Positions 21,177 to 34,530 of a stretch of 64,000 nt of DNA are shown piece after piece. The DNA is from Mobula hypostoma. Taxonomy: Eukaryota. Position numbers and translations under genes: made by a program. Position 1 is the stretch's first letter, and every line of letters starts with the position of its first letter. Location of the stretch: the NCBI RefSeq assembly GCF_963921235.1, contig NC_086098.1, positions 7,874,001 to 7,938,000 of the forward strand, read 5' to 3'. The notes below the pieces were generated by a model. That model was not told where the DNA came from and made no database searches. It saw only the letters and a list, made by a program, of their open reading frames with translations.

Positions 21177-23740
21177 AGACCATAAGACCATTAGATATAG
21201 GAGAAGAATTAGGCCTTTTGGCCCATCAAGTCTACTCCGCCATTTGATCATGGCTGATCCAATTTTCCTCTCAGCTCCAATCTCCTGCCTTCTCCCCTTC
21301 TCCCCATATCCCTTCTTGTCCTGACCAATCAAGAATCTATCTATGTCTGCTTTAAATATACATATAGATGTGGCCACCACAGCTGCCTGTGGCAAAGTAT
21401 TCCACAGATTCATCACTGTCTGGCTAAAGAAATACCTCCTCATCACTGTTCAAAAAGGACACTCTTCTATTCTGAGGCTGTGTCCTCTGGTCTCAGACAC
21501 TCTTCTCCACAACCACTCTATCAAGGCCTTTCTCCATTTGATCGGGGTCATTGAGATCACCCCTCATTCTTCTGAATTCCAGTGAACACAGGCCCAGAGC
21601 CATCAAACGCTCTTCATATGACAAGCCATTCAATACTGGAATCATTTTCGTGAACCTTCTTTGAAACCTCTCAAGCTTCAGTACATCCTTTCTAAGATAA
21701 GGGGCCCAAACCTGCTCACGATACTCCAAGCAAGGCCTCAACAGTGCTTTATAAATTCTCAACATTACATCCTTGCTTTTATATTCTAGCCCTCTTGAAG
21801 TGAATGCTAACATTGCATTTGCCTTCCTTTTTACAGTCTCAACCAGCAAATTAACTTTGCATCCTGCATAGGGGCTGCCAAGTCCCTTTGTGTCTCAGTT
21901 TTTTTTTGCATTTTCTCTCTATTTAGAAAGTATTTTGCTCTTTTATCTCTTCGACAAAAGTGCATGACCACACATTTTCTGACACTGTATTCGATCTGTC
22001 ATTTCTTTGCTCATTCTCCAAATCTGTCCAAGCCTTTCTGTAACCTCTCTACTTCCTCAAACCTACCTGCCCCTCCACCTATTTTCATATCATCTGCACA
22101 CTATGCAACAAAACCATCATTTCCATCGATGAAATCATTTACATATAACGTAAAAAGAATCAGTCCCAACACTCCTGCCAATCTGCAGGACTGGTGGAAG
22201 TTCATCTACCTTATCCCATACACAGCGCGTATTCAGATACAGCACTTTCATCCTGTATTCACTCTTCTCGATTTCGTCCACCTTTTACGTTGCAACTCAT
22301 CCTGTTGACTGCAATGCCCTATGAACAGCCTCTCCTCATTATTCATTGCCTCTCTTTGTAAACCAGTTACCCCTTGTTCAGCACTATTATCTGCCTTTCC
22401 TATGATACTTCTTACATTGAAATAGAGGCAGTTCAGAACTCTAGTTGCACCGTGCTCAACTTTTGATTCCCATCTTTGTCTGAGCTCTTGCCAAAATATG
22501 CCTCCACAAACTCTCCACCAACCATTCTGGCACTCTGGTTCCCATCCTCCTCCAACTCTAGTTTAAAACCCACCTTCCAGCTGGGGTATTAGTACCCCTC
22601 AGGTTCAGGTGCAAACCATCCCTTCTGTACAGGTCCCACCTTCCCTGGAAGAGAGCCCAATGATCCAAAAACCTTCTTCCCTCCCTCCTGCACCAACTCC
22701 TCAGCCACATGTTAAATTGTATAATCTTCCTAGTTCTGACCTCATTAGCACGTGACACGGGTAGCAATCCTGAGATCACAACCCTGGATGTTCTGTACTT
22801 TAACTTAGCACCTAACTCCCTATGTAGTCCCTCATCCTACCCATGTCATTGGTACCTACATAGACCACAACTTCTGGCTGTTCACCTTCCCACTTAAGAA
22901 TGCTGAGGACTCGATATGAGCTATCGCAGACCCTGGAATCCAGGAGGCAACATGCACTCCGGAAATCTCATTCTCGCCTACAGAATCCCCTGTCCATTCC
23001 CCTAACTAACAAATCCCCTATCACCTGTTCTCCCTGCTTCCTTCTGAGTCACAGAGGCAGACTCAGTGCCAGAGATCCAACCACTGTGACTTTCCTCTGT
23101 TAGGTCAACCCTCCCACTGGCATCCAAAGTGATATACCTGTTGTTGAAGGAGTTGGCCACTGGGGTACACTGCACTGTTTCCCTTCTCCTTTTTGACTGC
23201 CCTTAGTTTCCAATTTCCTGCACATTGGCTGTAACTATCTCTCTGTATGTCCTAGGATTACCTTCAGCCTCCCAAATCATCTGGAGTCCATCCAGTTCCA
23301 GCTCCAACTTGTTAACGCTGTTTGTTAAAAGCTACAGCTGGATGCACATCTCGCAGTTGTAGTCGTCAGGGACACTGGAGGTCCTCGTGCCTTTCCACAT
23401 CCTGCAAAAGGAACATTTCACTATCCTGCCTGGCATCCCTGCTGTCCTAACTGAGCGGATGTAAAGTAGAGAAGGGAAAATGTTTTTCTTTCCTTTGCGT
23501 TTTCAAAAAGCTAAAACCTTAAGACCACCACTCTAACTATATCCACTCCCACAATGTCCGCTGCACTTGCCCCTGCCACCCTTTAATTTGTTCCTACTAA
23601 TCAATTCCAAACACTGGTCAAAGTTCTATTATACTGCTGCGACCTGCTCCTGCCTTTTATCCTCAAGGAGTGGACCTGATTGAAGCCCCCTCCTCTCCAA
23701 ACATCCAATGTCCGGACTGGCTGCTGGTCAGAGTTCTGCT
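21177..23740 (-). mobile_element. CR1 with large internal deletion (or two adjacent CR1 pieces): 3' ORF2, ORF1 and 5' UTR
   Basis: ORF 21493..21849 is the RT C-terminus; ORF 22558..22779 ISGLLPV..WLRSWCRREG..DGLHLN is the ORF1 SGNH-esterase region. Confidence 0.8.
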
Positions 23741-24130
23741 ACCATCTGTGTAGCCTCCACCTGATGGCATGAACATTGATTTCTCTAACTTCTGGTAATG
23801 TCTCCCCCTTCCTCTTCTCTCTTCTTTCAATTCCTCATTCTCCTTCTCCTTACCCCCTACCCCTTCTTTTCTCCTCTTTTGCCCTTCGTGGTGATGGGCA
23901 ATGCCCCTTCTCCTTTCCTTTCTCCCATATCTGTCCTCACCAGAGTATTTCAGAGTAATCGTTTACCTTTTCTACTTTTCACCTCCCAACTTCACACTTC
24001 ATCCCCCCTTCTCTACCCACCCAGCTTGCCCATCACCTGGCCTCACCTGTCAACTTCTATCTTGTTCTCCTTCCCTTCCCCCACACCCACCTTTTTATTC
24101 TGGCATCTTCCCCTTCTTCCCTTTTTTTAT

Positions 24131-24159
24131 ATCCTGATGAAGGGACTGAAACATCAACT
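24131..24159 (+). ncRNA. Hammerhead-like motif with intact CUGAUGA/GAAA core but collapsed stems
   Basis: ATC-CTGATGA-AGGGACT-GAAA-CATC-AACT, in the PLE 3' region. Confidence 0.45.
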
Positions 24160-24471
24160 CATTATCCCTCTCCATAGATGCCTGCCTGATTTGCTTATTT
24201 CATGCAACATAAGAACATAAGAAATAGGAGCAGGAGTCAGCCATCTGGCCCCTTGAGCCTGCTCCGCCATTCGATAAGATCATGGCTGATCTGGCTATGG
24301 ACTCATCTCCACCTACCTGCCTTTTCCCCGTAAAGATTAATTCCCCTACTATGCAAAAATCTATCCAACCTTGCCTTAAATATATTTACTGAGGTAGCCT
24401 CCACTGCTTCATTGGGCAGAGAATTCCACTGATTCACCATTCTCTGGGAAAAGCAGTTCCTGCTCATCTTC

Positions 24472-25228
24472 GATCATCACCGATGAAAGGGCGATGTCAC
24501 AGCAGGAGATCGGTATGTCATTGGGGGAGTCAGAAGAACCACGGCTGTAAGCCCAGAGACATGAGGTCCTTGGGCACAGAGCTTGGAAAAAGCGATGCAA
24601 CGGACTTTTAACATCGTAAACCAGTGAATGTTTGTTATGTCTCCCTTCTCGCTATGAAACTGAGACATCTCTTTCTCCCTTATTAGGGAGAGAGTGAGCC
24701 TGTGGTATGTTGAATACCAGGTGAACAAGTAGTCTTTGGAGTACTGCAAGTCTGTGTCTTTATTGATGCTTTGCTGCACACTTGAGTTCTCAGTGGGAGG
24801 CGCCGATACTTTTTTTTACTGGTGGGGGAGGGGGAATTGTTGCCGCTTACGCACGGGAGGGAGGGTAGCTGGGGGGGGGCTTGGGGTTCTAACATTTAAC
24901 TGTCATTCATTCTTCGGGGCACTCTTCTGTTTTCGTGGATGGTTGCAAAGAAAAATCATTTCAGGATGTATATTGTATACAACAAATGCATACAAAATGC
25001 TGGTGGAACACAGCAGGCCAGACAGCATCCATAGGAAGAAGCACAGTGGACAAACGGTCTCGGCCTGAAACGTCGACTGCACTTCTTCCTATGGATGCTG
25101 TCTGGCCTGCTGCATTCACCAGCATTTTATGTGTGTTGCTTGAATTTCCAGCATCTGCAGATTTCCTTCTGTTTGTGTATATATTGTATACATTTCTCCG
25201 ACATTAAATGTACCTCTGAAACCTTTGA
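24472..25228 (+). mobile_element. Non-coding retroposed element with Rex1-like tail, nested in CR1
   Basis: Second copy at 62395-62735 (minus); ends GACATTAAATGTACCTCTGAAACCTTTGAA; the host CR1 resumes after it. Confidence 0.7.
24982..25179. mobile_element. Palindromic PLE mini-insertion
   Basis: 13-bp TSD TATATTGTATACA (24969-24981, 25180-25192); inverted arms of about 62 bp (24989-25051 / 25072-25133). Confidence 0.8.
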
Positions 25229-28200
25229 ATCTACTCCCCCGAATCTTGAGGCTATGTCCCCCAGTTCTAATCTTACCTAGCAGTGGAAACAACTTTCCTG
25301 TCTCTATCTTATTGATCCTTTTCATAATTTTATATGTTTCTATAAGATCTCCTCTCATTCTTCTGAATTCCAGCAGGTACAGTCCCAGGTGACTCAATCT
25401 CTCCTGATTGTCTAACCCCCCCTCATCTCTGAAATCAGCCTGGTGAACCTTCTCTGCACTGCCTCCAAAGCCAGTATACCCTTCTTCAGGGAGGGAGACC
25501 AGAACTGCTCGCAGTACTCCATGTGCGGCCTCACCAGTACCTTGGAGAGTTGCAGCATAATCTCCCTGCTCTGAAATTTAATCCCTCGAGCAATGAAGGC
25601 CAACATCCCATTTGCCTTCTTGATAGCCTGCTGCACCTGCAAACCAACCTTTTCTGATTCATGCACAAGGACTCCCAAGTCCCTCAGAACAGCAGCATGC
25701 TGAAATTTTTTACCATTTAAATAATAATCTGCTCTTCCATTTTTCCTTCCAAAGTGGATGACATCACATTTACTAACATTGTACTCCACCTGCCAGACCC
25801 TTGCCCACTCACTTAATATATCTATATCCCTCTGCAGACTCTCCATATCTTCTGCACAATTTGCTTTTCCACTCAATTTAGTGTCATCAGCAAATTTAGA
25901 TACATTACACGCGGTGCACTTTTCTAGACTATTAATGTAGATGGTGAACAGCTGCATCCACCCCTACAGCACAACACTCACCACTGATTGCCAACCAGAG
26001 TAACACCCATGTATCCCAACTCTCTGCTTTCTATTGGATAACCAATCCTCTATCCATGCTAATACATCACCCATCCGTACAGATGCATCCTTATCTTATG
26101 GATGTCTTTTATGTGGCACCTTATCGAACACCTTCTGGAAATCCACGTAAGTAACATCCATCTGTTCCCCTCTAACCACTGTGCTCATTATATCCTCAAA
26201 GAACTCCAATAAGTTTGTCAAACAGGACCTGTCTTTGTTGAATCCATGCTGTGTCTACCTGATGGATCCATTTCTTTCCAGATGCCTCGCTATTTCTTCT
26301 TTAATGATAGCTTCAAGCGTTTTCCCAACTACGGATGTTAAACTAACTGACCTATAGTTACCTGCCTTTTGCCTACATCCTTTTTTGAACAGTGGTGTGA
26401 TATTTGCTGTTTTTCAATCCACTGGGACCTGCCCAGAGTCCAGAGAATTTTGGTACATTATCACCAAAGCCTCCACTATAACTTCTGCCATTTCTTTCAG
26501 TACCCTGCATTCCATCAGGACCAGGGGACTTATCTATCGTCAGGCCCACAAGTTTTCTCAGCACTACCTCTTTAATGATAGCTATTGTATCAAGGTCCTC
26601 ACCTCCCATCGCATCCTTAACATCTCTCTTTGGCATGTTAGACGTGTCCTCCACCATGAAAACCAACACAAAATAGTCATTGAAAGCCTCGGTCATTTCC
26701 TCATTACCCAATATCAATCTCCCTTCTCGTTCTCCAAGCGACCTATGTTCACTTTAGCCACCCTTTTCTGCTTTATATAATTATATTAACCTTTACTATC
26801 CATTCTTATATTTTGTTCTAGCTTATTTTCATAATCTAGCTTCCTTTTCTTTACTGCTAGCTTAGTGGTTCTTTATTTTTTTTTAAGTTTTTCCAATCTT
26901 ACAGTTTCCTATTAGTCTTGGTGACTTTGTTAGCATGAGCTTTTAGTTTGATGCCTTCTTTTATTTGCTTTGGTATCCAAAGCTGTCTCTCCCCACCCTT
27001 ACTGCCCTTGCTTTAAGTGGAATATACTTTTGTTGAAGACTGTGAAAAACCTCTTTGAAAGCCTTCCACTGTTCCTCAACCATTCCACCATACAGCCTGT
27101 GTTCCCAGTCTACATTAGCCAAATCCTCCCTCATCCCATTGTGATCTCAATTGTTCAGGTATAATACACTAGTTTTCGATCAGACTATTGCACCCTCCAT
27201 TTGTATGAGAAACTCACTCGTACTGTGATCACTCTTTCCAAGAGGATCCCTGACTACAAGATCACTAATTTTACCTGTCTCATTGCAGAGGACTAGATCT
27301 AAGATAACACATTCCCTTGTAGGTCTAGTAGCATGCTGTTCAAGAAAGCTGTCATGGATGCATTCTATGAAGTCCTCCTCAAGACTGCCTCGACCAGCTT
27401 GATTCACCCAATCGATGTGCAATTAAAGTCCCCCACAATAACTGCTGTTCTATTCTTACATGCCTCAGATATTTCTCAGTTTATTGCCTGTGCCACTCTA
27501 ATGTTATTATTCGGTGACCGATAGACAACGCCCACCAGTGATTTTTTTCCCTTTACTATTCTTAATCTCTATCCAGATGGATTCAGCATTCTGCTCCTTA
27601 GATCTTATATCATCTCTCACTATCACCCTGATCTCACCTTTAGTTAAGAGCACTACCCCACCTCCCTTACCTTCCTGTCTATCCTTCCGTATTACCTGAT
27701 ATCCTTGGATATTTAATTCCCAATCCTCTCCACCCTGCAACCACGTCTCTGTAATGGCCACTAAATCATATCACCTTGTACTGACTTGTACCACAAGTTA
27801 ACTGACCTTGTTTCAAATACTACGGACATACAAATAAAATGTGCTTTTCAAACCTGTAATCTTTTACTCTTTTGCATTTGACTTTTTCACTCGACTCTTA
27901 CTTTTTTCTTTTTTATCTGTTGCATTATCTACATTTTAATTTTTTATTTTACTTCTCCAATCTGTTGAACCCACCCCCCTGCTATTTAGTTTAAAGCCCT
28001 ATCCACAGCCCTATTCATCGAATTCGTCAGGATCCAGGTCCCATCACGGTTCAGGTAGACCCCATACCATTGGTGCAGCTCCATCCTTCCCCAATACTGG
28101 TGCCAATTTCCCATGAAATCAAACCCACTTCTCCCACACCAATCCTTGAGCCACGCATTTAACTCTCTAATCTTCTTGACTCTATGCCAATTTGCACGTG

Positions 28201-29847
28201 GCTCAGGTAGTAATCCAGAGATTACCACCTTTTTGATTCTGCTTTTTAATTTAGTCCCTAGCTGCTCTAATTCCCTCAGAAGAACCTCCTTCCACCTTCT
28301 GCCTATGTTGTTGGTACCCACATGGACCACAACAACTGGATCTTTCCCCTCCCACTGCAAACTCCTCTGCAGGTCAGATAACATGTCCCAAACCCAGGTG
28401 CCAAGCAGGCAACACAGTCTTTGGGACTCTCTATCTTTGCCACAGAGATCTCTCTCTATTCCCTTGACTATATTATTTCCAATTACCACTACATTTTTCT
28501 TCCCTCCCTCCCCGAATGGCTCCCTGAACTACGGTGCCACAGTTAGGTTGCTCATCCTTCCTACAGCCACCTCTCTCATCCACACAGGGAGCAAGAATCT
28601 CAGACCTGTTGGACCAGCTCAAGGGCTGAGGCTCCTCCAGCACTGTCTCTTGGATCCCACTACCCGCCTCACTCACAGTCACACTCTCTTGTCTCTGACC
28701 ACAGACCAAAATTCAGGCAGCTAATCTGTGACCGCCTCCTGAAACAGAGAATCCAGATAACTCTCTCTCTCCCTGACGTGTCACAATGTTTGAAGCTCAG
28801 AGTCCAGGTCATCAGCTTTGAGCCTGAGTTCCTCGAGCAGCCAACACTTGCTGCAGATGTGGTCACCAGGAGCTGCAATGAGGTCCACCAGCTCCCAGAT
28901 TATGCAGCTGCAGCACATCACCTGATCCTGCATCATCCCTCCTTTATTTAATTAGCTTTAATTTAGTGACTTTTTATTCAACCACTACAAAAGCCTTACC
29001 TGCTACTTACTTGTGCCTCCTCGCTGAAGCCTCTTGAGCCAAAACCTCAAGTTCCCACTCCTACACTTGTCCACTCACACAGTGGCCGCTCCGCTTTGAC
29101 CCTGCTTTACTTTTATTTGCTCCTGCTAATGAATCGCAAATCGATTGATCTGCCGCTAATGCGCCGAGCCCCGCAAAATGCTTTTTATTTAAGTTCTTCT
29201 CCCCGACCTGTTGGAGCATTTTGTGGGTGTTGCTCTGAATTTTCAGCAACTGCGGAATTTTTTGTAAATTTATGTTGATTATCCTTCTGTCACCTCAGAT
29301 GTCCCTTGACCCTTTACATTCTTCCAGCATACTTATCACCCAGCCTTTTATCATTTAAGAAGTATTTTGCATTTTTCTTCGTGTACCATTGTGGATACAT
29401 TCAGATTTCCCACATTGCACCCCATCTGCCATGTTCTTGTGCTGACATATATTCCACCCCTGCCCCCCCACTCCAAGACTTATCGCTAATACCTTTCATG
29501 AACTGCTGGACCCCAATTCCAGATCACTCACTCTTACTTTCCGTTTTTATGAGCATTGACTATTTTGCCTGCCATCATTTCAGCTCAAAATTTATTTTCT
29601 TTTCTGGTTTTTAAGCACACTGACTTTTCCAAAAGCTCCCTCTGGAAAGCACTGAAGGAGTACAGTATTAAAACAAAAAAAAATCATGCCATCAGCAAAG
29701 TTTCTTCTCCCAGGCAAATAATCTGATCAACCATTCAAGTTTTCCCCCCAAGCCCTCTACCTATTACCCCTGTACCTGCACTGCACTGTAAAAAATATAA
29801 ACCACCTTATATAATATTGTTTACATTGTAAATACATACTGGTTTTG

Positions 29848-32800
29848 TGCATTGGTATTCATTTCCAGTTCTTTGGCTGCTGTCTCCATCATCATTTGTC
29901 TTTGTCTTCCTCTTGCTTTCTTCCCTTCAATCTTTCCCAAAATTACCATGCATTCTAACTCCTCTTTCCTAATCACATGCCCAATGAAGCTATGTTGCCT
30001 TCTCATGATCTCATACATTATTTCTCTTTCTGTGTTTGCTCTGTTCATGACATCCTCGTTAGATATTTGTTTTTTCCATGATATTCTTTGCATCCTCCTT
30101 AAAAACCACATCTCTGCTGCTACAATGCATTTCCTCATGTTACTAGATATTGTCCAACATTTGGAGCCATATAACATAACTGGATAAACATAACATTTCA
30201 GTACTCTGAGGCAGGTTATCATGCCTAGTTTAGTACTGGTCATTATACTCTTCATTCTCGTAAAGGTGTCTTTTGCCATCCCTATTCTTCTTTTGATGTC
30301 CATGTCGCACCTGCCATCTGATGTCACCCAGCTTCCTAAGTAGCAAGAGTTCTGTACTTGTTTTATGTCTTCCCCATTTATTCTCAGCCTGCAGATAGGA
30401 TTCTCCTTCTTTTTGGATATCACCATACATTCTGTCTTTTTGCAATTGATAGATAGACCCATTTTAGCACTGTCTTCAGCAATTATATCAATTAAGTTTT
30501 GTAGTTCTTCCTCCGTATTTGCAATTAACACAGTGTCATTTACATATCTGAAACTACTGATGTTTTCATCGCCAACTTTGATTACCAAGATGTCTCTTAT
30601 TTTTTGTAATATTGTTTCACTATACACATTAAATAAATCAGGGGAGAAAACACACCCTTGTCCAACGCCTCTCCTGATTTTCGTAAACTGACTCACTTCT
30701 CCATCTATTCTTACAGCGGCAGTTTGTTCCCAATACAGATTTCTGATTAGGTGGAGGTCTTTCGAATCTAGATCTAGAGTTTTCTGTAATATTTCAAATA
30801 ACTTATTGTGCTTCACTTTATCAAATGCTTTTGCGTAGTCGATAAAACAAACAAACAAATATTTTTGCACTTGAATGGCTCGTTCTGATAGTATCCTCAA
30901 CATCAATATTGCATTTCTTGTACCTTTGTCTTTCACAAAACCACAATGTTCTTTACTTATTTCAGCTTGTATCTTACTTTTAGATCTTGTCATCAAAATT
31001 CTTTGAAGTATCTAGGTGATATGACTCATTAAACTTATGATCCTATGTAATTCACATTCTATTGCTCCAGGTTTCTTTGGAAGAGTGATAAATACTGATT
31101 TTTTCATCTCTTCTGGTATTATTCCAGTCTCATAAATGTCATTGATTAAAGCAGTGTTTTTCAATTCCATAATTTTTAAGGGCAATAACTTGTTCTATTA
31201 CTAATTCATCAGGGCCTACTGCCTTTCCTTTCTTCATCGATCGGCTTCAAACAGTTCCTGAATATACTCAGTCCATCTGTTCATAATCTCATCTTTTTCC
31301 ATGATAATATCCTTTGCTTTTAAACATCCACCTGAAGAACAGAGGAGCTTTTTACCAGTGATATTCTTGATTTGTTGATGTATCTTTTTTGGATTTTTTT
31401 CTATTTGCTCACATTTCTGGTTTAACCGTTCTTCTTTGGCTTTTTGACATAAACATTTTTTTATCTAAGGACTTAAATACTATAGGATTTGCTTTCTTCC
31501 GTCTCCTTTCTTCCATTAGATTATTGATTTCATTTGTCATCCCTTTATTCTTTGTGCTTTTTTCTTTTTTAGGAATCACTGACTTTGCTGATTCTACCAA
31601 GTCATCCTTTAGAGCGTTAAATTTTATTTCTACATGATTGCTATCATCTTCAACAGATTCTATCTCTGGACTTTGAAATCTATTCCTTACTTTAATTGTA
31701 AATTTTTGTCTTAAATTTTCTTCTGTAATTAATTGCAAGTAGTCAAGGGATTGTTCAGGTTTTTGCTTCTTCAGTTTTTTTAAGTTTTACTTTTACATGA
31801 CATATTACTGGGTTATGGTCACTATTACAGTCTGCACCTGGATATGTTTTGCATTGAGTCACTGAGTTTCTAAATCTTTCGTTTATAGTAATTAAGTCAA
31901 TTTGATTTCTAGTGTTATCACCTGGACTTTTCCAGGTCCACAACCGTCTTGGATGGTTTTTAAAGTAGGTATTCATAATGACCTGATTATTCATCTTGCA
32001 CCATTCTACCCATTTCTCACCTCTTTCATTTTTTTCCCTAGTCCAAATTTTCCTATGCTATTTCCATCAGCGCCTTGTCCTACTTTAGCATTTAAATCTC
32101 CCATGACGATAACAATATCGTGAGATTTGCATCCATTCTTTGCTTGTTCAAGCTCTTCATAGAATTTATCTATATCTTCATTTGTTCCATCTGTTGTTGG
32201 TGCATATATCTGTATAATTGCTAAATCAAATGGTTGTCCTCTGAATCTAACAAGGAGCACTCTTTCTGATGTTGCCCAATGTCCTAAAACACTTTTTGCC
32301 ATGTTTTCATCCATAAGAATTCCTGCTACATTAGTATAGGATGTTCTGCAAGAATAAATTAACATTTTATTTCTATTCTGACATTTTCCAGCACCTATCC
32401 AATGAACTTTGCTAATTCCCATGATGTTAATCTTTAGTCTTTCCATTTCATTTATCACATTGTCCAATCTTCCTGCTTGATATAAGGTTCTTATATTCCA
32501 AGTGGCAATAATTTTCTTTTGTGTTACTTGAATTTTATGAGCAGTAGCTTGATGATGGTTGGGGATCCCCTGCTGACCAGAATCAACCCTACCGAGAGAA
32601 GCATCTTCGGAATTGTCTCGAAGATCCTCTTGACGCTGTTGTGTGATACATTTTGTGAGTTTGACCATGGTTTTCTTAGCAAATAGCAACAGTGGTTTGC
32701 TATTGCCTACCATTGGGCGAACTAAAGAAATCGCCATTTCTCTTCCCAAATTTTCATCCGCCTATTCTATAGCCGTTGACATTTAAGGTCCTAGCTCATT

Positions 32801-33017
32801 CGCCTTCTCCGACATAAGTTCAGTTACTGAACCTCCCGGATCTGCCGTTGGCCTTCGCTCGTATCCTGAGCAGGAACCCTTGCAGGTGCTACCGTTCCGG
32901 GTCAGAGCGGCCCTGGGAGCAATGAATGACTAACGGGCAACTCCACTTTCCCCAAAGCTCTGAAAGACCCCACTCAAAGCCTCATCATCGGTTGCAGTTT
33001 AGAGTCATACCCAGGAC
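29848..33017 (-). mobile_element. Near full-length RTE-clade LINE, frameshifted, extreme 3' tail missing
   Basis: APE EN IATWNIRTL..IIQIYAPT..MGDLNAKVG (32006..32749), SDH (31755..31994), RT FIDYAKAFDKVKH..GVGQGCVFSPDLFN (29821..30996); 5' leader to about 33017. Confidence 0.92.
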
Positions 33018-33029
33018 ATCAACCTGCAC

Positions 33030-33235
33030 CCAGACTATAACCATCAATACCCTTCCCATCCATGTATCTATCCAAATTTCTCTTAAATGTTGAAATTGGA
33101 CCCACATGCACAACTTCTGCTGGCAGTTCATTCCACACTCTCACCACTCTCTAAGTGAAGAAACTCCTTCCAGGTTTTCCTTGAATATTTCATCTTTCAC
33201 AATTAAACTATGATATCTAATTCTAGGCTCACCCT
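33030..33235 (-). mobile_element. Old CR1 3' fragment
   Basis: TGGCAGTTCATTCCACACTCTCACCACTCTCTAAGTGAAGAA, the reverse complement of the FFTxRVV..WNELP region. Confidence 0.65.
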
Positions 33236-33257
33236 ACTTTGCACTAGCACAATCTAT

Positions 33258-34002
33258 ACATGGTAGGATATTTGGTGCTGTGGAGGAGCAGAGGGACCTG
33301 GGGATACATGTCAACAGATCCCTGAAAGTTGCCTCAGAGGTAGATAGGGTAGTTAAGAAAGCTTATGGGGTGTTAGCTTTCATAAGTCAAGGGATAGAGT
33401 TTAAGAGTCGCGATGTAATGATGCAGCTCTATAAAACTATGGTTAGGCCACACTTGGAGTACTGTGTCCAGTTCTGATCACCTCACTATAGGAAGGATGT
33501 GGAAACATTGGAAAGGGTACAGAGGAGATTTACCAGGATGCTGTCTAGTTTAGAGAGTATGCATCATGATCAGAGATTAAGGGAGCTAGGGCTTTACTCT
33601 TTGGAGAGAAGGAGGATGAGAGGAGACATGATAGAGGTGTACAAGATATTAAGAGGAATAGATAGAGTGGATAGCCAGCGCCTCTTCCCCAGGGCACCAC
33701 TGCTCAATACAAGAGGACATGGCTTTAAGGTAAGGGGTGGGAAGTTCAAGGGGGATATTAGAGGAATGTTTTTAACTCGGAGAGTGGTTGGTGCATGGAA
33801 TGCACTGCCTGAGTCAGTGGTGGAGGCAGATACACTAGTGAAGTTTAAGAGACTACTAGACAGGTATATGGAGGAATTTAAGTTGGGGACTTATATGGGA
33901 GGCAGGGTTTGAGGGTTGGCACAACATTGTGGGCTGAAGGGCCTGTACTGTGCTGTACTATTCTATGTTCTATGTTCTATGTTCTATGTTATATGTTCTA
34001 TG
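33258..34002 (+). mobile_element. Young CR1 subfamily A 3' fragment
   Basis: ORFs 33280..33477 and 33499..33912; (TTCTATG)n tail at 33961-34002. Confidence 0.93.
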
Positions 34003-34007
34003 TGTAT

Positions 34008-34447
34008 GTTCACCTTCCTGTCAGCTTGAATCATTCTCCTCTGACATCTCTTATTAAAAAGGCATTTTCACCCACAGAGCTGCAATGGTTTTTCACACTA
34101 CAAGAGGGTTCTCTACCTTTTTTATGCAATGGACCAATACATTTAACCAAGGTGTCTGTAGAACTCAGGTTGGGAACCTGTGCTTCAGAGACTGTTGTGC
34201 ATAAAAATCCCAGGAGATGAGATGTTTCTGAGATATATATACCAACCCATCTGGGCACCAACAATCATTCCATGGTCAAAGTCATTTAGATCACATTTCT
34301 TCCCCAGTCTGATGTTTGATCTGAACAACAACTGAACTGCTTGACCATGTCTACATACTTATATGCATTGAGTTGCTGCCACATGATTGGCTGATTAAAT
34401 ATTTACATTAATGAGCAAGTGTGCAGGTGTACCTAATAAAGTGGTCA
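34008..34447 (-). mobile_element. Tc1 remnant
   Basis: Ends GGTGTACCTAATAAAGTGG; reverse complement of 20232-20560. Confidence 0.75.
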
Positions 34448-34530
34448 CATACATACATATATATCCCATACAAGGTCGTTTCAATTACCATTTCAGGAAC
34501 ATGAAATATTTCTCTGTTTTCACCTTTTTT

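Larger units (their letters stand above)
24207..29215 (-). mobile_element. Near full-length degraded CR1 (5' UTR, ORF1 zinc finger and esterase, APE endonuclease, RT, tail)
   Basis: ORF1 from about 28936 (MMQDQVMCCSC..HICSKC; VVVHVGTNNIG); EN AITETWL, SDH; RT FADDTK; (CTTATGTT)n tail at 24207. Confidence 0.9.
20865..29266 (+). mobile_element. Penelope-like element in three pieces (20865-21176, 23743-24206, 29217-29266) separated by two CR1 insertions
   Basis: Degraded GIY-YIG endonuclease (CIECSQGGLLCISET..RFAEHL..VAKHFNS..LRLEEQYFI) resumes as PDGMNIDFSNF at about 23760; CTGATGA..GAAAC at 24134; PLE end AGCATTTTGTGGGTGTTGC at 29216. Confidence 0.75.

Noticed and set aside
32750..33017. Canonical HDV-like or twister ribozyme in the RTE leader
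   Set aside because: I could not place the HDV nested double pseudoknot or the twister consensus by eye; a covariance-model search is needed.
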